From Oscillospiraceae bacterium (lineage in GTDB: Bacteria; Bacillota; Clostridia; Oscillospirales; CAG-272), in assembly GCA_015063545.1 (NCBI GenBank), contig SVTX01000002.1, forward strand, positions 3,672-67,671: a DNA stretch of 64,000 nt, given 5' to 3'. Every line of letters starts with the position of its first letter. The stretch's first letter is position 1. The notes under the pieces are model-generated. The model was not told the DNA's origin and did no database searches. It saw nothing but the letters and a program-made list of their open reading frames with translations. This document shows positions 1 through 9,143 of this stretch, in pieces. Both the position numbers and the translations under genes were made by a program.

Positions 1-1
1 T

Positions 2-961
2 TACACTTACGTTGATATCGGCGGTTGCTCGATAGACAAGTTCGGCGTGCCGATAACAGACGAGGGTATGCAGAAATGTAAGGAAGCGGACAGCGTACTG
101 CTCGGTGCTGTCGGCGGTCCTAAGTGGGACAATTGCCCCCCTGCTATACGTCCCGAAAAGGCGCTTTTGGCAGTCAGAAAAGAGCTTGGACTCTTTGCAA
201 ATCTCCGTCCCACAAAGCTTTTTTCACAGCTTGCTGATTCTTCGCCCCTTAAAATGTCTATCGTGGGCAACGGAATTGACCTTATGATAGTTCGTGAGCT
301 TACGGGTGGCGTTTACTTCGGTGAGCGCAAGACTGAGGAGGTTGACGGCGAGCTTGTAGCTATCGACTATATGCCCTACTCCGAGCATGAGATCGAGAGA
401 ATCGGACGTGTAGCTTTTGAATCTGCTATGAAGCGCGGCAAAAAGCTTCATTCGGTTGATAAGGCAAACGTGCTGGACACCTCCCGCCTCTGGAGAAAGA
501 CCATGCACCGTCTCGCAGAAGAATATCCCGATGTCGAATATAATGATATTTTAGTTGATAATACGGCTATGCAGCTTATAAAGAATCCCACGCAGTTTGA
601 CGTGATCGTAACCGAGAATATGTTTGGAGACATTCTCTCGGACGAGGCATCAATGCTCACGGGCTCTATCGGAATGATGCCTTCTGCTTCCCTTTCTTCG
701 GGAACTCTCGGTATGTATGAGCCTATCCACGGCTCAGCCCCCGATATTGCGGGCATGAACCTCGCAAACCCCATAGGCACGATACTTTCCGCGGCTATGA
801 TGCTCCGCTATTCCTTCAATATGATGGACGAAGCGGATGCAATTGAAGCGGCAGTAAACAAGGCGCTTGACGACGGTTACCGCACGGGCGACATCATGCA
901 GGATGGCTGCACAAAGGTCGGATGTAAGGAAATGGGCGATGTTATATTGAATAATATCTGA
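2..961 (+). CDS. leuB: 3-isopropylmalate dehydrogenase (5'-truncated by window edge)
   Basis: [45 protein letters not shown] and [13 protein letters not shown] motifs. The frame is open back to position 2. Confidence 0.97.
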   Translation, partial: YTYVDIGGCSIDKFGVPITDEGMQKCKEADSVLLGAVGGPKWDNCPPAIRPEKALLAVRKELGLFANLRPTKLFSQLADSSPLKMSIVGNGIDLMIVRELTGGVYFGERKTEEVDGELVAIDYMPYSEHEIERIGRVAFESAMKRGKKLHSVDKANVLDTSRLWRKTMHRLAEEYPDVEYNDILVDNTAMQLIKNPTQFDVIVTENMFGDILSDEASMLTGSIGMMPSASLSSGTLGMYEPIHGSAPDIAGMNLANPIGTILSAAMMLRYSFNMMDEADAIEAAVNKALDDGYRTGDIMQDGCTKVGCKEMGDVILNNI

Positions 962-970
962 TATAAATTT

Positions 971-1040
971 CGGGAGGAGCAAGCCTTCATTTGCAAGCAA
1001 ATCCCCTCCGCCGCGGCAAAGAGCCGCAGCCCCTCCCCTA
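971..1040. repeat. Short palindrome-rich intergenic element (possible degenerate REP-like half element)
   Basis: ATTTGC-AA-GCAAAT at 989-1002, GCGGC-aaaga-GCCGC at 1013-1027, and CCCCTCC at 1003-1009 and 1030-1036. Confidence 0.35.
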
Positions 1041-1140
1041 CGAATAATCGAACACCAATTTTGTTATTCAGACACGATTATTCTATCGTAGGATATGCGC
1101 TTAACAACGAAAAATAAAATTGACCGCAAAATATATGACA

Positions 1141-1172
1141 AAAAGGAGACACCTTTATGGATGTCTCCTTTT
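1141..1172. terminator. Bidirectional intrinsic terminator
   Basis: aaaaggagaca ... tgtctcctttt stem between convergent genes. Confidence 0.8.
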
Positions 1173-1181
1173 CCCTTTCAA

Positions 1182-3065
1182 TCACTCTGCGGCTATTGTG
1201 CCGAGTTCTTGAGAGTTTACAGATATTGTGTAGTTATCACCGCTGACAATATCAGGTGAAGAATACACGAGGGATGCCATGGACTTAGGTGTGGTAAATT
1301 CAATCATCGTGTTGCCGTTGCTATCTGCGATCTTTACTGTGCTGTCTGCGCTTATATTGCCCATTCGCACGCCGATAACTCCCTGTCCTTCTCCCTGCGC
1401 AGTTTCTGCCATACCCGACGCACCTACTGCGAGGAATATTCCACCGGAGACAGTCATGCCGTAGCTTCCGTCGCCGTAGTCTATTGCGCCGTTTCCGTCA
1501 TTTGTGGGGCCGTAGACTATTACCTTACCACCGGTCATAATAATATTTCCGTTTGAGTCAACTCCGTCGCCCGATGCATCGACCGTGACTGTACCGCCTT
1601 TGAACGCAAGTATCGGATTTTCATCGGAGCTTGTTGTATCTGTCGAGGAATTCCATCCGCCCGGACCGCCCATCATAGAAGTACCGCCGCACGCGTTAAA
1701 GCCGTCATCGCGCGAGGTTACGGAAATATTGCCTCCATTTACGGTTATCTCGACTGCTTCAATGCCCTCGTAGCTTGACAGTATTTTTATTTCTCCGTTA
1801 TCTATTGTGAGGCTGTCCTCGGCATGAATGCCGTCGTCGCCGGCGGCTATCTTTAAGCTGCCTCCCGTTATTTTCAATGCGGTATCCGAATGAATTGCAT
1901 CATCGGGTGTGCTTATTGTAAATTCGCCACCGCTGATAAGCATATCTCCCGCTGACTTTAAAGCTTTGCATGAATAATCGGGCTTTTGAGAGTTTCCTTC
2001 TTGCATGCCGCCCATGCCGCCGGGAGGCATCATTCCGCCCATACCTCCACCGGGACCACCGGGACGGCGCGCATCTGATGATGCTGAATTTTCAACATTC
2101 GATATAGCTGTAGTGTCGCAACCGCCGGCGCACAGCAGATTAAATTTGCCGCCGGAAACGGTAAGCGTTGTTTCTGCCTGCAACGCATCTGTTGCGGCAT
2201 TTATGTTTATATTTCCGTCAGATACAAGAATATATCCCTTGCCCGCTGTTTCGGAATTTGCGGATTTTACTCCGTCAGCTCCTGACGTAACCGTAATATT
2301 GCCGCCGAGTATTTCGACCGAGTCATTACCGCGTATTCCGTCGTCGACTGCGCCGACTGTAAGACTGCCCGAGGCAATTTCTATATCGTCCTTTGTGTTT
2401 ATTCCCTTGCCCGCGTTGGACTTTACGTATATCTCTCCGTCGCCGCTGAATTTAAGGTCTGCAGTAGAATAAATACAAGCGTTTGGGTATGTTTCGCCCT
2501 CAACCTGCGCTTCATCCGGAACTATATAGTCCGTGCCGTCAGTAAAGATATTTACCGAACCTGCAACTGAGTTGAATATCACCTTTTTAGGTGCGCTTAA
2601 CACATACACAGCCGAGCTATCGGATATGATGTGCACACCGTTCAGAATAAGCTTTACCTTTTCTTCATCCTGTGTATTGACAATTATTTTTCCGCACGAG
2701 AGCTTTCCACTTAAAAGATACGTGCCCTGATTTGTCACAGTCAGCACTGAACCCTCACAAGTTGCCCCCGCGCCATCTATAGTAATTCCGGAATCGGCAA
2801 GCTTTATAAGTGTTACCCCTGCTTCGGGAGTATAGTCGGATGTTATTGCTTCTGTGGGGAAATCATCCACAGACACAAAAGCAGCACCAAGCTCATCCTC
2901 TATTTTTTGTATGCTTTCGGATGTATTGGGCAATTTCTCTATATCAGGACTGATGATAGTTGGGCTTTCTGTATTATCGGAGCTTTCTTTTTTTGAGCAT
3001 GACACCAGAGTAAACATCAGTATTAGCGATAGTATTAAAATGCTGAAATTAAATAAGCTTTTCAT
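1182..3065 (-). CDS. Lipoprotein with Cthe_2159-like (DUF4353) beta-helix carbohydrate-binding domain
   Basis: Lipobox LVSC after a hydrophobic signal. Repeated ISGG/ITGG-x-DDGI/DAIH beta-helix units and Gly/Met/Pro-rich inserts. ATG 3065 has a GGAG RBS. Confidence 0.8.
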   Translation of the reverse strand: MKSLFNFSILILSLILMFTLVSCSKKESSDNTESPTIISPDIEKLPNTSESIQKIEDELGAAFVSVDDFPTEAITSDYTPEAGVTLIKLADSGITIDGAGATCEGSVLTVTNQGTYLLSGKLSCGKIIVNTQDEEKVKLILNGVHIISDSSAVYVLSAPKKVIFNSVAGSVNIFTDGTDYIVPDEAQVEGETYPNACIYSTADLKFSGDGEIYVKSNAGKGINTKDDIEIASGSLTVGAVDDGIRGNDSVEILGGNITVTSGADGVKSANSETAGKGYILVSDGNININAATDALQAETTLTVSGGKFNLLCAGGCDTTAISNVENSASSDARRPGGPGGGMGGMMPPGGMGGMQEGNSQKPDYSCKALKSAGDMLISGGEFTISTPDDAIHSDTALKITGGSLKIAAGDDGIHAEDSLTIDNGEIKILSSYEGIEAVEITVNGGNISVTSRDDGFNACGGTSMMGGPGGWNSSTDTTSSDENPILAFKGGTVTVDASGDGVDSNGNIIMTGGKVIVYGPTNDGNGAIDYGDGSYGMTVSGGIFLAVGASGMAETAQGEGQGVIGVRMGNISADSTVKIADSNGNTMIEFTTPKSMASLVYSSPDIVSGDNYTISVNSQELGTIAAE

Positions 3066-3192
3066 ATTTTTCTCCAACTTACTTCATTATCATCATTATA
3101 ACCCAAAAATATGTAGATTTGTATATACTTTATTAAAAAAGTTAATGAATGATTTGTGATTGTTTTATGAACTGCTATATAGTATTTTTCCA

Positions 3193-3221
3193 TTGACAAA
3201 CCCTATAAAATATATTATAAT
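3193..3221 (+). promoter_or_regulatory. Sigma-A promoter of the methyltransferase-rsmA-GH25 operon
   Basis: TTGACA-N17-TATAAT exact consensus. Confidence 0.8.
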
Positions 3222-3255
3222 TATCATGTATGACTATGCGAAAGGACACGTATCG

Positions 3256-4587
3256 ATGCAATTTGTGGCAACATGCCTTTTCGGGCTTGAAAAACAGCTT
3301 GGTGAGGAGATAGATGCGCTTGGGCTCAAAAGAATACAGACCATTGACGGACGTATTATTTTTGAGGGCGAGGAAAGCGATATACCGAAATTAAATATAA
3401 ACCTGAGACTTTCCGAGAGAGTATTTATTCTCATGGGCAGCTTCCGCGCGGAGAGCTTTTCGGAGCTTTTCGACGGCACAAATGCTATTGCCTGGGAGGA
3501 ATGGATCGGCAGGCTTGACGAGTTCCCCGTCACGGGACACTCAATAAAGAGTAAGCTGACCTCTATTCCCGACTGTCAAAGCATAGTTAAAAAGGCTATC
3601 GTCGACAGACTTCAAGGCGCTTACGGTATCTCATGGTTTGAGGAAACGGGCGTAAAGTACAAGGTAGAATTCTTTATTTTAAAGGACGAGGCATATCTTA
3701 TGATAGATACCTCGGGCGCGCCGCTTCACAAGCGCGGCTACCGTCCCGCATACGGCGCGGCTCCCATTCGTGAAACACTTGCGGCATCTATCGCGCTCAC
3801 CACCCGTCCGAGTGAGGATATTCTCTTTTGGGATCCCTTCTGCGGCTCGGGTACTATCGCTATCGAGGCGGCAATGATAGCAAAGAATATTGCTCCCGGA
3901 CTTAATCGCTCTTTTGCGGCGCAAAATTTTCCCCGTATTGAGCAAAGGCTTTGGGCGGAGGCAATTGACGAGGCGAAGTCTAAAATCAAAACAGACTGCC
4001 GATTTGAGGCATGGGCGTCGGATATTGACGAGGATATACTTGACACTACATACGAGAACGCACTCCGCGCGGGAGTTGAGGAAAATATCAACATATTCTG
4101 CGCAGATGCGCGTAAAATTGAGAAGCCCTCGGACAGACGCGGAAGCATAATCTGCAATCCCCCTTACGGTGAGCGTATGGGCGAGATGGCAGAGGTCGAG
4201 CAGCTTTACCGCGAGGTCGGCAGACATTTCAAGACCTTTGAGCCGTGGCATATCTATTTTATAACCTCATGCGAGCATTTTGAAAAGCTCTACGGACGTC
4301 CTGCGGACAAGACTAAAAAGCTTTATAACGGAATGATTCCCTGCTATTTCTATCAATTCTTCAAGCCATACGAGGGCAAGCCGCTGACATACAAGAGCTA
4401 TGATAAAAAGCAAAATTACAATAGCAAGTATTCACACCCCGCAGAGCATGGCAAAACTCGAGTACAGGAGCAGAAAAAAGGCTCTATGTCGAGCAACGCG
4501 CGAGACTACAAAAGCAGTGATAAAAACAGCTTCCGCAAGGACTACAAAAAAGATTACAAAAAGGATTTCAAAAAGGAAAACAAATAA
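3256..4587 (+). CDS. THUMP-domain class I SAM-dependent rRNA methyltransferase (RlmL/YpsC family)
   Basis: LHKRGYR, APIRETLAA, DPFCGSGTIAIEAA and NPPYG motifs. ATG 3256 follows AAAGGA. Lys/Asp-rich low-complexity tail. Confidence 0.9.
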   Translation: MQFVATCLFGLEKQLGEEIDALGLKRIQTIDGRIIFEGEESDIPKLNINLRLSERVFILMGSFRAESFSELFDGTNAIAWEEWIGRLDEFPVTGHSIKSKLTSIPDCQSIVKKAIVDRLQGAYGISWFEETGVKYKVEFFILKDEAYLMIDTSGAPLHKRGYRPAYGAAPIRETLAASIALTTRPSEDILFWDPFCGSGTIAIEAAMIAKNIAPGLNRSFAAQNFPRIEQRLWAEAIDEAKSKIKTDCRFEAWASDIDEDILDTTYENALRAGVEENINIFCADARKIEKPSDRRGSIICNPPYGERMGEMAEVEQLYREVGRHFKTFEPWHIYFITSCEHFEKLYGRPADKTKKLYNGMIPCYFYQFFKPYEGKPLTYKSYDKKQNYNSKYSHPAEHGKTRVQEQKKGSMSSNARDYKSSDKNSFRKDYKKDYKKDFKKENK

Positions 4588-5468
4588 TGCTTAATTTATG
4601 TGATCCCAGAACAATAAAACAGGTCATGGATATGTTTGGCTTGAATTTCAAAAAGGAATTCGGACAGAACTTTCTTACAGACCTCATGACTGTCGAGGAT
4701 ATAGCCGATGCCTGCTCGCCAGACGACAGTGACATTACCGTGCTCGAAATCGGTCCCGGCATAGGCTGTATGACGAGATGCCTTTGCGAGAGATACCGCG
4801 AGGTAGTTGCTCTTGAGATAGATACGGGGCTTATTCCCGTATTAAAATATACGCTTGACGGGTATAAAAACGTGACTGTTATAAACGAGGACGTTATGAA
4901 GGCAGATCTTTCAGAGATACTTGCTCCCTATTTTGCAAAAGGAAAGGTCGCTGTCTGCGCAAATCTTCCATACTACATAACAACGCCTATTCTGATGAAG
5001 CTTATAGAAAGTCAATTACCTTTTGAGAGCATTACAGTTATGGTACAGACCGAGGTCGCGCAGAGACTTTGCGCGGGCGCGGGCGGCAAAAACTGCGGTG
5101 CTATCACGGCGGCTATTGACTATTACGGTGATGCGGAGCTTCTCTTTACCGTTCCCGCCGAGAGATTCATGCCTCCCCCGAAGGTCACGTCCTCGGTTGC
5201 CAAAATCACACTTTGGAAGGACAAGCCTCAAAAGCCTATAAGTGAAGAAATGTTCTTCCGTACAGTCAAGGCGGCGTTTGAGCAACGAAGAAAAACGCTA
5301 CCCAACTCTCTTATGACAGGATTTTCTGAAATTTCAAAGGAAAGACTGACGGAAATTATAATTGAGTGCGGTCACAAGCCCGATATTCGCGGCGAAAAGC
5401 TTACTGTGGCAGACCTTGTTCATCTTTCCGATAAATTATATGCTGAGATTAACGGAGGTCAAGTATGA
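4587..5468 (+). CDS. rsmA: 16S rRNA (A1518/A1519) dimethyltransferase
   Basis: FGQNFL, VLEIGPGIG, ANLPYYITTPI, F.PPPKVTS and FEQRRKTL.N motifs. Confidence 0.96.
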   Translation: MLNLCDPRTIKQVMDMFGLNFKKEFGQNFLTDLMTVEDIADACSPDDSDITVLEIGPGIGCMTRCLCERYREVVALEIDTGLIPVLKYTLDGYKNVTVINEDVMKADLSEILAPYFAKGKVAVCANLPYYITTPILMKLIESQLPFESITVMVQTEVAQRLCAGAGGKNCGAITAAIDYYGDAELLFTVPAERFMPPPKVTSSVAKITLWKDKPQKPISEEMFFRTVKAAFEQRRKTLPNSLMTGFSEISKERLTEIIIECGHKPDIRGEKLTVADLVHLSDKLYAEINGGQV

Positions 5469-7489
5469 CTGCCATAAAAAAAGCATTTTTGCTGATTGGA
5501 GTATTAGTATTATTTTTCGCCCTTGTAGCATGTAAGAAGGAAAGTTCGGTAGATACCTCCACCGACAGTAGCACTCAATCACCTACCGACGCTCCAACAA
5601 CTTCTCCCGGATACACACAACCTATAGAATGTACTCACAGTTCCCTGTCCTATACAACAATTTCTCCCGATTGTGTAAATGAGGGATATACTTTAAATAA
5701 GTGCAAAGACTGCGACTACAGCTACAAGAGCAGCATTACCCCTCCGACAGGTCATAAATGCCAAAAAGAGGAGGTCGCGGCAACTTGTGTTGTGCAGGGC
5801 TATACTATTTACACCTGTGAATGCGGATATACCTACAATTCGGATATAACACCGCCCACAGGACATAAATATGACGCTGTTGATACTCCCCCGTCGTGTG
5901 TGTCTCAGGGATTTACGACCTATACGTGCGCATGTGGAGATAATTATGTTTCAAATTATGTAAAGCCACTTGGACATTCTTACGTGCAATCTGTTACGGC
6001 GCCTACGTGTGAAAATCAAGGATTTACAACCTACACGTGCGATTGTGGCGATACGTATATTTCGGATTACGTCTCTCCGATTGGACATATATATTCCAAG
6101 GAGATAATCCAACCCACGTGTACAACTCAAGGCTATACTGTCTATACGTGTAAGTGCGGTGATACATATGTTTCCGACATAGTCTCGGCGCTCGGACATA
6201 CTTATTCGCAAAACAAGGTAGAACCTACGTGTACCGAAGAGGGATACACGGAATATATTTGTACTTGCGGCGACAGTTATATTTCCGATATAACCTCAGC
6301 TCTTGGACATACTTATTCGCAAAACAAGGTAGAACCTACGTGTACCGAAAAGGGATACACGGAATATATTTGTACTTGCGGCGACAGTTATATTTCCGAT
6401 ATAACCTCAGCTCTTGGACATGCTTATTCGAAAAACAAGGTAGAACCTACGTGTACCGAAGTGGGATACACGGAATATATTTGTACTTGCGGCGACAGTT
6501 ATATTTCCGATATAACCTCAGCTCTCGGACATGCTTATTCTCAAAACAAGGTAGAACCTACGTGTACTGAAGTGGGATACACGGAATATATTTGTACTTG
6601 CGGCGACAGTTATATTTCCGACTATGTATTGGCATCCGGACACAGCTTTTATGTAGAAAAGCGTGTTTATGCGACTATCTCGCAAACAGGATATACCGAT
6701 TTTGCATGCTCGTGCGGTGAAAAATACAGAGGAGACTATGTATTTTATACAGATATAATAAACGGCGCTTATTCCGGTAACACTCAAATTCTGGCAAAAG
6801 GTATAGATGTCTCCAAATGGCAGCATGATATGGATACAAGCGGCGCATATCTTCCCCTCGATTGGAACGCAATAAAGGGTGAAGGCGTTGAGTATGCTAT
6901 TTTGAAAGCCGGATCTACCAAAGGCATCGATCCTGTTTTTGAGATGAATTATGCGGGCGCGCGCGAGGCAGGTCTTAACCTTGGAGTATATTACTATACC
7001 TATGCAACTACCGTCGAGGAAGTTGAGGCAGATGCCCGTAATCTTTTGAGCTATCTTAACGGCAAAAGCTTTGAATATCCGGTGTATTTTGACCTTGAAG
7101 ATCCCTCTCAAGTGAACTTGGATAAAGAGCTTCTGATGCAGATATGCATAAGATTTTTTGAAATTATGCAAGAGCACGGATATTATGTTGCTCTCTACAC
7201 CAATAACAATTGGCTGAACAATGTTCTTGATACCAAGTTCGTACTTGAAAATTTTGACGTGTGGTATGCAAGATATCCCAACAGTTTGGAGGGGTACTCG
7301 TTCAGCAGTGCCGAGCTTCCCGAATGGAATACGGAGCTTTACGGAGAAAATCTTGGAATGTGGCAGTTCACATCAAGCGGAGTGCTTGAGGCAATTCCAA
7401 ATCATAATGTAGATATGAACGTATCCTATAAGGACTACCCCTCTATCATCAAATCATTTGGTCTTAACGGATATGTAAAAGAAATTTAA
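5465..7489 (+). CDS. Lipoprotein: Cys/His repeat stalk plus C-terminal GH25 muramidase
   Basis: Lipobox LVAC, Ser/Thr/Pro linker, about ten 37-aa TC..GY/FT.Y.C.CG..Y...GH repeats, then GIDVSKWQ, YFDLE and VDMN GH25 motifs. Confidence 0.88.
   Translation: MTAIKKAFLLIGVLVLFFALVACKKESSVDTSTDSSTQSPTDAPTTSPGYTQPIECTHSSLSYTTISPDCVNEGYTLNKCKDCDYSYKSSITPPTGHKCQKEEVAATCVVQGYTIYTCECGYTYNSDITPPTGHKYDAVDTPPSCVSQGFTTYTCACGDNYVSNYVKPLGHSYVQSVTAPTCENQGFTTYTCDCGDTYISDYVSPIGHIYSKEIIQPTCTTQGYTVYTCKCGDTYVSDIVSALGHTYSQNKVEPTCTEEGYTEYICTCGDSYISDITSALGHTYSQNKVEPTCTEKGYTEYICTCGDSYISDITSALGHAYSKNKVEPTCTEVGYTEYICTCGDSYISDITSALGHAYSQNKVEPTCTEVGYTEYICTCGDSYISDYVLASGHSFYVEKRVYATISQTGYTDFACSCGEKYRGDYVFYTDIINGAYSGNTQILAKGIDVSKWQHDMDTSGAYLPLDWNAIKGEGVEYAILKAGSTKGIDPVFEMNYAGAREAGLNLGVYYYTYATTVEEVEADARNLLSYLNGKSFEYPVYFDLEDPSQVNLDKELLMQICIRFFEIMQEHGYYVALYTNNNWLNNVLDTKFVLENFDVWYARYPNSLEGYSFSSAELPEWNTELYGENLGMWQFTSSGVLEAIPNHNVDMNVSYKDYPSIIKSFGLNGYVKEI
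6191..6620 (+). repeat. Four near-identical 111-bp tandem repeats inside the GH25 gene
   Basis: AAACAAGGTAGAACCTACGTGTAC(C/T)GAA...TTGTACTTGCGGCGACAGTTATATTTCCGA recurs every 111 bp. Confidence 0.95.
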
Positions 7490-7491
7490 AG

Positions 7492-7516
7492 AAAAAGGCG
7501 GCTATGCCGCCTTTTT
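7492..7516. terminator. Bidirectional intrinsic terminator
   Basis: aaaaaggcggc-tat-gccgccttttt. Confidence 0.85.
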
Positions 7517-8412
7517 TAATGATGGTGATGATGAGCATGACTGTGTCCTGCATGGGATGAGTGAATATGGCACTCATATTCTTCACAATCCTCTCCTACG
7601 GATTCTGTTTCAATAGTCACGTGAAATATTCCATGCTCGGAAAGCTCTTCTCTTACCTGCTTCTTTATTCTGTGTGTATCAGCATTTGTAACTATGTGCA
7701 GAGTTGCGTAGATATGAAAGCCGTCTATCGAACGCACGTGTATATGATGAACATCAACCACTCCTTCAATTTCGCATAAGTGTTGCTTTATTTTTTCAAC
7801 CGAAATGCCGCAAGGTGTTTTTTCAAGGAACAAATCAAGTACGCTTTTTAAATTTTTCAGAGAAGCAATAAGTATGAATGCTGCTACAATAACTGAGAGA
7901 ATCGGATCTATTATGCGGATATCGGTAAGCTTCATTACAACAGCTCCGATAAGTACCGCTATCCAGCCGAGAATATCCTCTAGCATATGAAGATTTACGG
8001 CGCGCATGTTAAGTGATTCACCGTCTTTGGTAAATATTGCGGCGAGAAAATTTACACTAACGCCTACAGCGGCAAAAATTATCATGCCGTTATAGTTTAT
8101 ATCGTTGGGATTAAGCATACGCAATATTGCGTTGTAAATCACAATGCCCGAGCCGAGAAGCAGAATAAAGGTTGTAATAACGCTTCCGAGAACGGAATAT
8201 CTCAGATATCCGTACGTATATTTTTCGTTGGGTTGTTTTTTGCTGATTTTTTCTAAAATAAATGAAAGACCTATGCTTATGCTGTCGCCGATATCGTGGA
8301 TAGCATCGGACAGTATCGCCACGCTTCCCGTAAATATTCCGCCTACAAATTCAAATATTGAAAATGCAAAGTTCAGTATAAACGCCCAAAAAATATTTTT
8401 TTCACTTTTCAT
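7516..8412 (-). CDS. Cation diffusion facilitator (CzcD-like Zn/Co/Cd exporter)
   Basis: LSDAIHDIGD, HMLEDILGW, DVHHIHV and HVTIE motifs, with a His-rich C-terminus (HSSHAGHSHAHHHHH). ATG 8412 follows an AGGT RBS. Confidence 0.92.
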   Translation of the reverse strand: MKSEKNIFWAFILNFAFSIFEFVGGIFTGSVAILSDAIHDIGDSISIGLSFILEKISKKQPNEKYTYGYLRYSVLGSVITTFILLLGSGIVIYNAILRMLNPNDINYNGMIIFAAVGVSVNFLAAIFTKDGESLNMRAVNLHMLEDILGWIAVLIGAVVMKLTDIRIIDPILSVIVAAFILIASLKNLKSVLDLFLEKTPCGISVEKIKQHLCEIEGVVDVHHIHVRSIDGFHIYATLHIVTNADTHRIKKQVREELSEHGIFHVTIETESVGEDCEEYECHIHSSHAGHSHAHHHHH

Positions 8413-8423
8413 ATTTACCTCGC

Positions 8424-8452
8424 TTGACAAATAAATATTTAACACGTATAAT
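8424..8452 (+). promoter_or_regulatory. Sigma-A promoter for the TetR gene
   Basis: TTGACA(8424-29)-N17-TATAAT(8447-52). Confidence 0.75.
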
Positions 8453-8460
8453 ATATACGA

Positions 8461-8481
8461 TACCGAACAATATGTTCAGTA
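8461..8481. promoter_or_regulatory. Inverted repeat, putative TetR operator
   Basis: TACcGAACA-ATA-TGTTCaGTA, lying between two opposing promoters. Confidence 0.65.
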
Positions 8482-8483
8482 TA

Positions 8484-8512
8484 ATTATATTATGCAAACA
8501 TAAAAAATTCAA
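8484..8512 (-). promoter_or_regulatory. Sigma-A promoter for the CDF gene
   Basis: Minus strand TTGAAT(8512-07)-N17-TATAAT(8489-84). Confidence 0.6.
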
Positions 8513-8573
8513 CAATCAAATATCGGAGGATGTACGATACCGAACAAAAACGGAAATTTGTACGGAACTGTTT

Positions 8574-9107
8574 ATGGATAGAAGGCAGAAAAAAACAAGA
8601 GACGCTATTTTTGGGGCTTTTGGTGAGCTACTAATGACAAATAAATACGAAAATATAACTGTTCAGGATATTATTGATCGCGCGGATGTGGGCAGATCTA
8701 CATTTTACTCGCATTTTGAAACCAAAGATCATCTTCTGCGGGCTATGTGCGCTGATATATTCGAGCACATTTTTGAAAAAGCAACGTGCAGTTATGAAGG
8801 TTCGCATGATGATCTTGAGGGTGTTCTCTCTCACATTTTGTTTCATTTGAAGGAAAATAAAAAAAGGATATCCGGACTGCTCTGCTCCGATTCGGCAGAT
8901 CTGTTTATGAGATATCTAAGTGAATATTTCAACAAGATTTTCAGCATGTATATATCGCAATTTCATGCAAACGTTCCCAGAGACTATCTTATCAATCACC
9001 TCACAGGCGCATTCGGTCAGACACTAAAGTGGTGGATACATGAAGGCATGGCAACATCACACACCGATATGGCGCGATACTTCATGTCGGTCATAGAAAC
9101 ACATTAA
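8574..9107 (+). CDS. TetR-family regulator, SczA-like
   Basis: DRRQKKTR..I..AF.ELL and ITVQDIIDRADVGRSTFYSH HTH. From memory it resembles pneumococcal SczA, and it is divergent from a CDF gene. Confidence 0.88.
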   Translation: MDRRQKKTRDAIFGAFGELLMTNKYENITVQDIIDRADVGRSTFYSHFETKDHLLRAMCADIFEHIFEKATCSYEGSHDDLEGVLSHILFHLKENKKRISGLLCSDSADLFMRYLSEYFNKIFSMYISQFHANVPRDYLINHLTGAFGQTLKWWIHEGMATSHTDMARYFMSVIETH

Positions 9108-9108
9108 A

Positions 9109-9137
9109 AAACCGCAAGACAGAAAGTCTTGCGGTTT
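9109..9137. terminator. Bidirectional intrinsic terminator
   Basis: aaaccgcaagac-agaaa-gtcttgcggttt. Confidence 0.85.
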
Positions 9138-9143
9138 ACTGTT

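Noticed and set aside
971-1040. GGCAAA-containing hairpin as a c-di-GMP riboswitch
   Set aside because: It lacks the second conserved stem and GCAAA elements, and it lies downstream of convergent genes rather than in a leader.
4480-4587. KKDY/KKDF repeats at the methyltransferase C-terminus
   Set aside because: A low-complexity basic tail of a kind common on RNA-modifying enzymes; nothing further to infer.
6191-6620. Regular 111-bp repeats as a CRISPR array or DGR template/variable repeats
   Set aside because: The units are contiguous in-frame coding repeats with no unique spacers. The differences are not confined to adenines, and there are no cas or reverse transcriptase genes in the window.
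8465-8477. GAAC-N5-GTTC as an SOS box
   Set aside because: The spacer is 5 nt rather than 4, and the site lies between a TetR gene and its divergent target, so a TetR operator is the simpler reading.
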